Source: an uncultured Christensenella sp. (lineage in GTDB: Bacteria; Bacillota; Clostridia; Christensenellales; UBA1242). From it: DNA of 33,721 nucleotides. Positions 15,654 through 22,964 of this stretch are shown here, piece by piece. A program made the position numbers and the translations under genes. Under the pieces are notes generated by a model. That model ran no database searches, was not told the origin of the DNA, and saw only the letters and a list, made by a program, of their open reading frames with translations. The stretch spans positions 1 through 33,721 of the forward strand of contig CAYIZA010000004.1 in NCBI GenBank assembly GCA_964367965.1, given 5' to 3'. Every line of letters begins with the position of its first letter. The stretch's first letter is position 1.

Positions 15654-15956
15654 TTGAAAACAAAAGAAAATTATTCAAAACAGGTGACCATCCGTATCTC
15701 GGAAAAGGTCTTTGATTCCCTGGAAGCAAAAGCAGAGGAAGAAGGTGTAAATGTCTCTACATTTATTCGTAAATCGATAGAGAAAAACTTTTTTGCAACG
15801 AAAGCGGCAGCCGATGGGGCTATCGATTGGCTTGAAGTTGTGGAGGAAATAAGAAAGATAGAGCCCAATCTCGTGCTTGATGGCATTTTCGCTGTAGCAA
15901 ACAAATCTAAACAAAAAACACCTCAGTCCAAAAAGCAAGAACAGATAGAAATGTAG
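15654..15956 (+). CDS. Ribbon-helix-helix (CopG/Arc-like) domain protein, orphan
   Basis: TTG start 7 nt after AGAGGG. KQVTIRISEKVFDSLEAKAEEEGVNVSTFIRKSIEKNF fits a beta-strand/helix/helix RHH pattern. The strong terminator at 16013 follows. The gene occupies the position where pyrH normally lies. Confidence 0.5.
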   Translation: MKTKENYSKQVTIRISEKVFDSLEAKAEEEGVNVSTFIRKSIEKNFFATKAAADGAIDWLEVVEEIRKIEPNLVLDGIFAVANKSKQKTPQSKKQEQIEM

Positions 15957-16012
15957 TCAGCGGCTTTATCTGCACCTGGAGTGAAAGAAAAGGCAAAAAG
16001 CAAAGGCAATAT

Positions 16013-16042
16013 AAAAAATGTCCTAAATCAGGACATTTTTTT
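16013..16042 (+). terminator. Rho-independent terminator after the RHH gene
   Basis: AAAAAATGTCCT-aaatc-AGGACATTTTTT is a perfect 12-bp stem with a 7-T tract. Confidence 0.85.
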
Positions 16043-16075
16043 GTTGTGCAGAAAACCCATGAGGGCGGTTTCATA

Positions 16076-16143
16076 CAACCAAACCCCAAACCAAACCCTT
16101 TGAGCGTGGCTTTGTGCAACCGAAACCCAAACCAACCCCTTTG
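16076..16143 (+). repeat. Two imperfect 27-nt C/A-rich direct repeats (CAACCrAAmCCCAAACCAAmCCCTTTG)
   Basis: CAACCAAACCCCAAACCAAACCCTTTG at 16076-16102 and CAACCGAAACCCAAACCAACCCCTTTG at 16117-16143 agree at 24 of 27 positions. Both lie in non-coding DNA between a terminator and the frr promoter. Confidence 0.85.
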
Positions 16144-16245
16144 GCACAGCGATATACCAGTGTTGCCGATTTTTCACCCCGGGAAAGGCTTGGTGAGCGC
16201 CTTTCAAAAAATTAACCCAACATGCTCAACAGTGGGCGTTTTTTA

Positions 16246-16274
16246 TTGCAAAAAAATATTTTTTAGTGTACAAT
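16246..16274 (+). promoter_or_regulatory. Putative sigma-A promoter for frr-uppS-cdsA-rseP (TTGCAA-17-TACAAT)
   Basis: TTGCAA is at 16246-16251, followed by a 17-nt spacer and TACAAT at 16269-16274. The RBS AGAGGTG lies upstream of ATG 16302. Confidence 0.5.
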
Positions 16275-16301
16275 TAAGGTATTATTTAAAGAGGTGAAAA
16301 T

Positions 16302-16874
16302 ATGTTTGTAAATCAAGAAGACAAAAAACTCTATGACAATTTCAAAAAGCATCTAGACAGCAACTTTGACCACCTGCTCAGCGAAATGGCAACTATTCGT
16401 GCCGGCAGGGCGAATCCACGCCTGTTGGACAAAGTTATGGTGGACTACTACGGCAGTATGACCCCACTTTCTCAGATGGCGAATATAAGTGCGCCCGACC
16501 CACGGACACTCGCTATTAACCTGTGGGATAGCAGTATGCTGCGGGATGTACTCAAGGCAATCCAGATAAGTGATTTGGGTTTTAATGCAAGCGATGATGG
16601 AAAGATTATTCGTCTGCATGTACCTTCTCCGACCGAGGAGCGCCGGGTAGAACTGGTTAAAATGGTCAGAAAGTTTGCCGAGGACTGCCGTATTAATATG
16701 CGTAACGGTCGCCGAGAGTGTCTGGACGAGTTTAAGGCGCTCAAAAAGAAGAGTGTGATCACCGAGGACGATTTGGGCGTCGCTGAAAAAGAGGTTCAGA
16801 AAATTCTAAATAACTATATTGACAAAGTGGGACAGTCCCTCGCACAGAAAGAAAAAGAAATAATGGAAGTTTAA
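16302..16874 (+). CDS. frr: Ribosome recycling factor
   Basis: IRAGRANPRLLDKVMVDYYGSMTPLSQMANISAPDPRTL, DLGFNASDDGKIIRLHVPSPTEERRVELVK and the KEKEIMEV terminus are present. Confidence 0.95.
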   Translation: MFVNQEDKKLYDNFKKHLDSNFDHLLSEMATIRAGRANPRLLDKVMVDYYGSMTPLSQMANISAPDPRTLAINLWDSSMLRDVLKAIQISDLGFNASDDGKIIRLHVPSPTEERRVELVKMVRKFAEDCRINMRNGRRECLDEFKALKKKSVITEDDLGVAEKEVQKILNNYIDKVGQSLAQKEKEIMEV

Positions 16875-16934
16875 ATTTAGATTTTTGGTGCAAATTATTT
16901 GTGTAAGTTGCGTATAATAAAAAAAGAGGGAAGA

Positions 16935-17666
16935 ATGGTCAAAGGCAAAACGAAGATACACCGCAGAATTGATTTATCCCGTATGCCCACACACCTTGCT
17001 ATAATTATGGACGGAAATGGCAGGTGGGCGACAAAGCGTGGGCTTCCACGCAACCTCGGGCATAAGGCAGGCTGTGAGAACATTAAACGAATAATTCAGA
17101 ATGTCTACGACTTGGGCATCCGCCACCTGAGTTTTTTTGCGTTTAGCACCGAGAACTGGAAAAGACCCCAGGAAGAGATTGACGGAATCTTCAGCGTTAT
17201 AAGGGATTACCTCAAAGAAGACAGCAATGAGTTTCCTGAAAGAGATATCCGGGTAGTTGGGTGCGGCGACCTTTCAAAACTGCCGAGTGATTTAGTGGAT
17301 GCTTTCCGCAAGGTGGAGGAGAAGACTAAATCTTGCACCACTATGGTGCTCAACCTTGCGGTGAACTATGGCGGACGGGATGAGATATTGCGGGCGGCAA
17401 ACCTCGCTATGAAAGAAGGGGCACCGCTCAACTCGCATCAGGATTTTGCAAAATTTATGTACACCGCCAACCTGCCTGACCCGGATTTTGTAATCCGTAC
17501 CAGCGGTGAAATGAGGCTCTCTAATTTTATGCTATGGCAGATGGCATACAGTGAACTCTACTTCACCCCGACCTACTGGCCGAGTTTTAGCAATAAAGAA
17601 CTGCAACGGGCAATCATCAGTTTTCAAAGCAGGAAACGCCGTTTCGGCGGAATAAAAAACAACTAA
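16935..17666 (+). CDS. uppS: Isoprenyl transferase (undecaprenyl-diphosphate synthase)
   Basis: ATG 16935 follows AGAGGGAAG. The track start at 16899 adds 12 aa over the intergenic region. HLAIIMDGNGRWA, FAFSTENWKRP, NYGGRDEI, IRTSGEMRLSNFMLWQ and RRFGG are present. Confidence 0.93.
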   Translation: MVKGKTKIHRRIDLSRMPTHLAIIMDGNGRWATKRGLPRNLGHKAGCENIKRIIQNVYDLGIRHLSFFAFSTENWKRPQEEIDGIFSVIRDYLKEDSNEFPERDIRVVGCGDLSKLPSDLVDAFRKVEEKTKSCTTMVLNLAVNYGGRDEILRAANLAMKEGAPLNSHQDFAKFMYTANLPDPDFVIRTSGEMRLSNFMLWQMAYSELYFTPTYWPSFSNKELQRAIISFQSRKRRFGGIKNN

Positions 17667-17679
17667 GGAAGAAGTGTTT

Positions 17680-18651
17680 ATGGACAAGTCATCAACCCCG
17701 GCAAACTGGGGAAAGAGAATATTATCTGCAGCCCTCATTGTGGCGGTACTCGCCGGCTTTTTATTCATCCGGCAACTCGCAGACAGCACAGTATTTCTAT
17801 TTGATATCTTCATAGGTTTTCTGATGATTATGGGAACCTTTGAAGTTGAGGGCATACTACGGAAGTCCGGCAGACCGACTCTTATATTCGGACTGGGGCT
17901 GTTCCCGGTGATCAACTTCTGTGTGCTGATTGCCTGTATTCTTGGTGGTTATGGGGTGCTGACCTTTCTGCTTATCAACCTGCTGATACTGGCGGTAGGC
18001 TTTGTGCTGATGCTGATATTTGGCGGATTGACTAAAAGGGCAACTACCTCAGCCATGGTGATGGATGACTTTGAGGGCACTCGCTGGCAATATAGTGCAA
18101 TAAAATCGGCAAACACTATACTGGGATGCATCTATCCGACCTTTTTGTTATCCTTTATGTTTCTGTTAAATCACTTTGCAGCATTTACTGACCTGGATGC
18201 CGACTTGGGGCTGCTGGGCATAGTGCTGGCATTGACCACCACCATATTCGCAGACACCGCGGCTATGATTACCGGGCGTTTAATCAAAAGCAAAAAGATA
18301 AACCTGAAAAAACTGGGACCCGGCAAGAGTTGGAGTGGTCTGGTCGGCGGTATAGTCGGCGCCACGGTGGCATCAATACTGGTTTGGCTGGTGTTCAGCA
18401 GCATAACAGGTTTTGGAACGGTATTTGCGGAGAAAAATGTAACCTTTTGGATGTTTATTGTAGGCGGATTGTTTTTCGGTATATTTAATATGATGGGGGA
18501 TATATTTTCCTCATATATCAAACGCCGAGCAGGGGTAAAGGATTTCAGTTCTTTGCTGCCGGGGCACGGTGGCATTATGGACAGGATAAACGGACTGGTA
18601 TTTAACGCTATGGCGGTGTTTGCTTTTATGTCCTTTATATTTTTGGCATAG
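17680..18651 (+). CDS. cdsA: Phosphatidate cytidylyltransferase
   Basis: The protein is multi-TM and carries the CdsA signature SYIKRRAGVKDFSSLLPGHGGIMDRINGL. ATG 17680 is preferred; the in-frame GTG 17674 used by the track lies only 4 nt from AGGA. Confidence 0.9.
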   Translation: MDKSSTPANWGKRILSAALIVAVLAGFLFIRQLADSTVFLFDIFIGFLMIMGTFEVEGILRKSGRPTLIFGLGLFPVINFCVLIACILGGYGVLTFLLINLLILAVGFVLMLIFGGLTKRATTSAMVMDDFEGTRWQYSAIKSANTILGCIYPTFLLSFMFLLNHFAAFTDLDADLGLLGIVLALTTTIFADTAAMITGRLIKSKKINLKKLGPGKSWSGLVGGIVGATVASILVWLVFSSITGFGTVFAEKNVTFWMFIVGGLFFGIFNMMGDIFSSYIKRRAGVKDFSSLLPGHGGIMDRINGLVFNAMAVFAFMSFIFLA

Positions 18652-18701
18652 CCTCAATACTGTGTGAATAGACATAAAATAAGAAGCAAGGAGAATGGAT
18701 A

Positions 18702-19802
18702 TTGATAGCACAACTTGCTAGTTTTGCTAGCATAATGACCACAGTTGGATACATTGGTTTAGCCCTGGTTGTGTTATTGGTGATGATCACCATACACGAG
18801 TTGGGGCATTATCTAGTGGGCAAGATGTTGGGTTTCAAAATCAATGAGTTTGCCGTGGGTTTCGGCAAGGCATTGTTCTCCAAAAAACTGAAGTCTGGTG
18901 AAGTTTTCAGCATCCGGCTGATTCCGTTGGGCGGCTATTGTGCCTTTGCGGGCGAGGATGAGGATGATAACGACCCACGGGCGTTCAACAATAAAAAACC
19001 TTGGCGGCGCTTGCTGGTTCAGTTCGCCGGAGTGTTTTTCAACTTTGCCTTTGCTGTTGTCACCGCTTTTATTTTGCTGGTGGGCTTTGGTTACGACATA
19101 CCCAAGGTGGCGAACGCTGACAAGAACATTGAATATGTAACGGCATATAACGAGTTAAACCCAACCACTCAGTTGGATGCTCTCCAGAACGGCGATATCA
19201 TCCGCAAGGTCGACGGCACTACAATAAGTTTTGCGTCCGGCAACGATTATAGCGTGTTGATGAAAAAGTATGAAATCAACGACCGCTTTGTTCTTACTGT
19301 ACAGCGGGCAGGTGAGGCTGAATGGGTGGAACTGGAGATGATGAAGTTTGCCGACCCGTCCGATGCCACCAACACCGCCGGGGTAATAGGAGTGGGCATC
19401 ACCCCCTACCGCTATACCTTTTGGGAGGCGTTGCTGAGTGCTATACCAGTTGCCGCTGCTATGGCGTGGAAAGTGCTGGTCTTCCTGGCAATGCTGCTGA
19501 CCGGCGGAATTGCACTGTCTGATATAGGCGGTCCGATAACCACTATCGGAGTGATTGCCGAATACTCACAGACTAACATAGCAAATCTGTTTATCTTCCT
19601 GCCATTTATATCGGCAAACTTGGCAGTCTTTAACCTGTTGCCGATACCGTCGCTGGACGGTTCCAGGATGATTTTCACTGGCATTGAATGGATACGGAAA
19701 AAGCCTATCAACCGAAAGGTGGAAGCGGCGATTCACTTTGGTGGACTGGTGGTACTGTTTGCCTTTGTGATTTTCGTCGATGTCTTTAATATATTTCACT
19801 AG
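18702..19802 (+). CDS. rseP: RIP zinc metalloprotease RseP/RasP (site-2 protease)
   Basis: TTG start 7 nt after AAGGAGA. The HExxH motif lies in a TM helix (ITIHELGHYLVG), a central PDZ-like segment is present (GDIIRKVDG), and the second motif is NLLPIPSLDGSRM. Confidence 0.9.
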   Translation: MIAQLASFASIMTTVGYIGLALVVLLVMITIHELGHYLVGKMLGFKINEFAVGFGKALFSKKLKSGEVFSIRLIPLGGYCAFAGEDEDDNDPRAFNNKKPWRRLLVQFAGVFFNFAFAVVTAFILLVGFGYDIPKVANADKNIEYVTAYNELNPTTQLDALQNGDIIRKVDGTTISFASGNDYSVLMKKYEINDRFVLTVQRAGEAEWVELEMMKFADPSDATNTAGVIGVGITPYRYTFWEALLSAIPVAAAMAWKVLVFLAMLLTGGIALSDIGGPITTIGVIAEYSQTNIANLFIFLPFISANLAVFNLLPIPSLDGSRMIFTGIEWIRKKPINRKVEAAIHFGGLVVLFAFVIFVDVFNIFH

Positions 19803-19811
19803 GGGAAGAGT

Positions 19812-21347
19812 ATGAGATTAACGGACATAATTTCAAAGGAGGAATACGCACACCTCAAACTTTTAAGCGTGCTATATGATGAGGGGGATGATGAGACCAC
19901 CTTGGTTTTTGCATATCCGGAGGGAGCCAACCCGTCCACCGAATTAAAAAATGCACTCAAAAAAGAGATAGCCGGACTGCTGAAAGACCTCAGCAAATTT
20001 AAGTTGAAGTTTAAACAGAGTTATGTGGATAGGCATATATTATTTGATGACCTTATGGAGTTGGTGCGGGTGAATTTTCCCTATCTCAAGGGCTTAGTAA
20101 AGCCGGAAGACCTGAAGTTTGAGAAGAGTGAGGGCTCTATAGATATCACCCTGGAAACAGACAATATGAGCGCAAAAATTATGGAGAAATACGACTTTTG
20201 CGCAGAGTTTAAGACCGTGCTCAGTCGCAAATATTTTGAGAAAATAGAGGTTAAACTGCTAGCCAACCGTGAGCTAGAGGTAGAGGAAGAGCCCGAGTTG
20301 CCGGCAGTCGGCGAACTATACAACATACTCTCTCAGGAGGCTAAACTGAATGTGGTGGAGGTCGATGAGGTAGTCAATCTGGTTGGCAAACTGATAACTC
20401 AGGATGCTCAACTTATAAATACCATAAAAAAGGACTGTGAGGACGCTATTGTGCTGGCAGGCAGGATGACTAATCCTGTTATGAGCCAGTTTGTGCCAAA
20501 AAGCCAGAAGGACAGCGATGAGCCCAAGATGAAGGATAAATTCAGTTTTGTGCTGGTGGATGCTAGTGGTTCTGTCGAAGTGGTGATGTTTCCCAACGAA
20601 AAGACCAGTGAAAAACTGGCTCAACTGACCCCGGATTCTGAGGTGCTCATTGAGGGGCAGGTCAGCCAGTTCAGCGATAAGGTAAATATCAAGGCGAACG
20701 CTCTATCGCTCTGCAAGGTGCTTACCAAAGAGGTGCAGTATCTGTGGCGTGAGCCTATTAAGGACTACCGAGTTATTAAACCCAAACCTATGGTGGAGTT
20801 TCAGCAGATGGATTTGTTCACCGCTGCAGGGGAGAAATCCAACTATTGGGAAAGCCACAATAGCGTGGTAGTGTTCGACTTTGAGACCACCGGATTGGAT
20901 GCCTCCTGTTGCGAGATAATAGAGATTGGTGCGGTCAAAGTGGAGAACGGGGTCTGTGTGGAGAGTTTTTCCACCCTGATAAATCCCGGCAAGCGCCTGC
21001 CTCCCGAAATAACACAGATCACCGGGATAACAGACGATATGCTGGTCTTTGCCCCTACCTTGGAGCAGGTGATGCCTGACTTTCATAAGTTTGTTCAGGG
21101 CAGTGTGCTGAGTGCCTATAATATCGGATTTGATATCAAATTCCTGAAAAAAGCCGGTCAAAAACTGAGATTTAACTTCGACAACGAGCAGATAGACACG
21201 CTGGAACTAGCCCGAAAGAAGATTGCCTCACTGCACAACTATAAGTTATCCAGTGTGGTCAAAGAGTTGAATATAACTCTAAATGACGCTCACCGTGCAC
21301 TCAACGATGCTATTGCTACCGCAAAGGTATTCGTAAAACTTATTTAG
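19812..21347 (+). CDS. PolC-like N-terminal region + OB fold + DEDDh 3'-5' exonuclease, lacking PHP and polymerase domains
   Basis: The C-terminal ~165 aa carry Exo I (VVVFDFETTGL), Exo II (LSAYNIGFDIKFL) and Exo III (HRALNDAIATAKVF). ITGITDDML and IDTLELAR also match the B. subtilis PolC exonuclease insert (FDVETTGL, LTGITDDML, IDTLELGR, HRAIYDAEATA). Residues ~240-300 (KFSFVLVDASGSVEVVMFPNEK...EVLIEGQV) look like the PolC OB fold. No HxH PHP motif and no polymerase core is present, and the ORF ends at TAG 21345-21347. Confidence 0.7.
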   Translation: MRLTDIISKEEYAHLKLLSVLYDEGDDETTLVFAYPEGANPSTELKNALKKEIAGLLKDLSKFKLKFKQSYVDRHILFDDLMELVRVNFPYLKGLVKPEDLKFEKSEGSIDITLETDNMSAKIMEKYDFCAEFKTVLSRKYFEKIEVKLLANRELEVEEEPELPAVGELYNILSQEAKLNVVEVDEVVNLVGKLITQDAQLINTIKKDCEDAIVLAGRMTNPVMSQFVPKSQKDSDEPKMKDKFSFVLVDASGSVEVVMFPNEKTSEKLAQLTPDSEVLIEGQVSQFSDKVNIKANALSLCKVLTKEVQYLWREPIKDYRVIKPKPMVEFQQMDLFTAAGEKSNYWESHNSVVVFDFETTGLDASCCEIIEIGAVKVENGVCVESFSTLINPGKRLPPEITQITGITDDMLVFAPTLEQVMPDFHKFVQGSVLSAYNIGFDIKFLKKAGQKLRFNFDNEQIDTLELARKKIASLHNYKLSSVVKELNITLNDAHRALNDAIATAKVFVKLI

Positions 21348-21481
21348 AAGAGCAGAGCGGCAAGATTTTTCACTGCAGTGCTGCCGCTGATCATCTGCAA
21401 ACTATCGCCAACAACTGGGCGGCTCTGCCCGTTAAAGTTGTGATGCGATGCTAAAGTATTGTTAAAAATGGCACAAAACAC

Positions 21482-21510
21482 TTGACTTTTATACCATATT
21501 TTGATAATCT
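21482..21510 (+). promoter_or_regulatory. Putative sigma-A promoter (TTGACT-17-TAATCT) for the 50-aa ORF
   Basis: A consensus -35 TTGACT is at 21482-21487, followed by a 17-nt spacer and TAATCT at 21505-21510. Confidence 0.45.
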
Positions 21511-21540
21511 TAAAATAGAAAATTTTGGAGGTAAAGCATT

Positions 21541-21693
21541 ATGAACGCTAAACCGCAATTTGAATCTAAAAGATGGGTGGAACTCATTGGTGAGCAAATC
21601 CATGTGCTGGCGGAAAGCATCCGCTGCAGGGAAAAGTACATTAAAACTTCAGAAAATAAGGTGGCAAAAGGTACCCCTCTGGCCGCAGTTTGA
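21541..21693 (+). CDS. Hypothetical 50-aa protein
   Basis: Below the track cut-off. GGAGG (21527-21531) lies 9 nt before ATG 21541. The translation is MNAKPQFESKRWVELIGEQIHVLAESIRCREKYIKTSENKVAKGTPLAAV. I recognise no family. It is preferred over the track ORF 21560-21742, which is in another frame, starts at TTG, has no SD and runs through the nusA promoter. Confidence 0.35.
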   Translation: MNAKPQFESKRWVELIGEQIHVLAESIRCREKYIKTSENKVAKGTPLAAV

Positions 21694-21716
21694 TTTTATA
21701 AATTTAGGCAAAAGAC

Positions 21717-21745
21717 TTGATATTTTTTGCAATGTGTGTTAATAT
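21717..21745 (+). promoter_or_regulatory. Putative sigma-A promoter for the nusA-infB operon (TTGATA-17-TGtTAATAT)
   Basis: TTGATA is at 21717-21722, followed by a 17-nt spacer and TAATAT at 21740-21745 preceded by TGT. Confidence 0.5.
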
Positions 21746-21764
21746 ATAAATATGATGATGCTGG

Positions 21765-21795
21765 TATGAGTGGGATTGACCCACTCATAATTTTT
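21765..21795 (+). promoter_or_regulatory. Terminator-like leader hairpin (possible attenuator) immediately upstream of nusA
   Basis: TATGAGTGGG-attga-CCCACTCATA is a perfect 10-bp stem followed by ATTTTT. It lies between the putative promoter and the nusA RBS AAAGGAG (21797-21803). Confidence 0.5.
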
Positions 21796-21809
21796 AAAAG
21801 GAGAAAAAA

Positions 21810-22952
21810 ATGATCAACAGCAAGGACTTTTTCATCGCCCTAGACCTCTTAGAAAAAGAGAAGAAAATAGACAAGGAATTCTTTATCTCGGCGCTTGAGG
21901 CGGCACTTACCAGTGCATATAAAAAGAACTTTGGCGAGGCAAAATCTGCCACTGTTAAACTCAATCCAGAGAAGAATACAATAAAGGTATACGCCTACAA
22001 AACGGTGGTGGAAGAAGTGGAAGATCCGGATAAGGAGATTTCATTGGAAGAGGCTCAGCAACTGAAATCCACACACAAGGTGGGAGACACCATATCGGAA
22101 GAAGTGACCCCAAAGGAGTTTGGACGAATTGCTGCACAGACTGCCCGTCAGGTGGTTATGCAGAAACTGCGAGAGGCTGAGCGGGATAATGTCACCGCTG
22201 AACTGAGTGCTAAAGGCGACCAGATTACCTCAGCGGTTGTCCGTCGTACCGACGGCAAAAATGTATTTCTGGAGTTGAGTGGCATTGAAGTGGAGGGCGT
22301 GCTCTCCGAACAAGACCAGATTCCAGGCGAAAAGTTTTTGCCCGGTGACCGTTTAAAGGTGTACATTAAGCGAATAAAAGAGACTAACTATGGCTCGCAG
22401 GTGCAGGTTTCCCGAACCACGGTGGGCTTTGTGAAAAAACTGTTTGAGTTGGAGATTCCGGAAATTGAGAGCGGAGAAGTAGAGATTAAAAACATTGTCC
22501 GTGAGCCGGGCGTTCGAACTAAAATTGCAGTTGCAAGCAACGATCCTAATGTCGACCCGGTGGGCGTTTGTGTGGGCAACCGAGGCTCCCGTATAAACAA
22601 TATTGTGGGAGAACTTAAGACCGAAAGGGTGGATATCATACCGTGGTCTAATGATGTATTTGAATATATCGCTGCTGCACTCAACCCTGCCGAAGTGGTG
22701 AGTGTAGAGATAAATGAGGCAGAGAAATCCAGTAGGGTAATTGTGCCGGATAATAAACTATCGCTGGCAATTGGGCGTGAGGGACTGAATGTAAGGCTGG
22801 CGGCACGGCTGACCGGCTGGAAGATTGATGTGAAGAGCGAGAGCAAAGCCGCTGAACAGTTGCCTGAGAGAAATGCTCCGAAAGAGGTTGCTACCAGCCT
22901 TGATCAAGGCACCGGACTGGACATATTTGATGAACTCGAGCATATAGAGTAA
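21810..22952 (+). CDS. nusA: Transcription termination/antitermination factor NusA
   Basis: The N-terminal domain (FFIALDLLEKEKKIDKEFFISALEAALTSAYKK), an S1 domain and KH1/KH2 are present (VDPVGVCVGNRGSRINNIVGEL, LSLAIGREGLNVRLAARLTGWKIDVKS). Confidence 0.96.
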   Translation: MINSKDFFIALDLLEKEKKIDKEFFISALEAALTSAYKKNFGEAKSATVKLNPEKNTIKVYAYKTVVEEVEDPDKEISLEEAQQLKSTHKVGDTISEEVTPKEFGRIAAQTARQVVMQKLREAERDNVTAELSAKGDQITSAVVRRTDGKNVFLELSGIEVEGVLSEQDQIPGEKFLPGDRLKVYIKRIKETNYGSQVQVSRTTVGFVKKLFELEIPEIESGEVEIKNIVREPGVRTKIAVASNDPNVDPVGVCVGNRGSRINNIVGELKTERVDIIPWSNDVFEYIAAALNPAEVVSVEINEAEKSSRVIVPDNKLSLAIGREGLNVRLAARLTGWKIDVKSESKAAEQLPERNAPKEVATSLDQGTGLDIFDELEHIE

Positions 22953-22964
22953 AAGGAACACAAT

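Noticed and set aside
15654-15956. RHH protein as the antitoxin of a toxin-antitoxin pair
   Set aside because: No candidate toxin ORF lies on either side. tsf ends upstream and a terminator plus non-coding repeats lie downstream, so there is no evidence for a TA module.
16046-16297. 83-aa + strand ORF between the RHH gene and frr
   Set aside because: It starts right after a strong terminator and runs through the frr promoter. Its P/N/Q-rich sequence is simply the translation of the C/A-rich repeats, and it has no SD.
21560-21742. 60-aa + strand track ORF (MNLKDGWNSLVSK...)
   Set aside because: It has a TTG start without an SD and reads across the nusA promoter. The overlapping ATG 21541 frame has a GGAGG SD and a promoter, so I preferred that one, itself only at low confidence.
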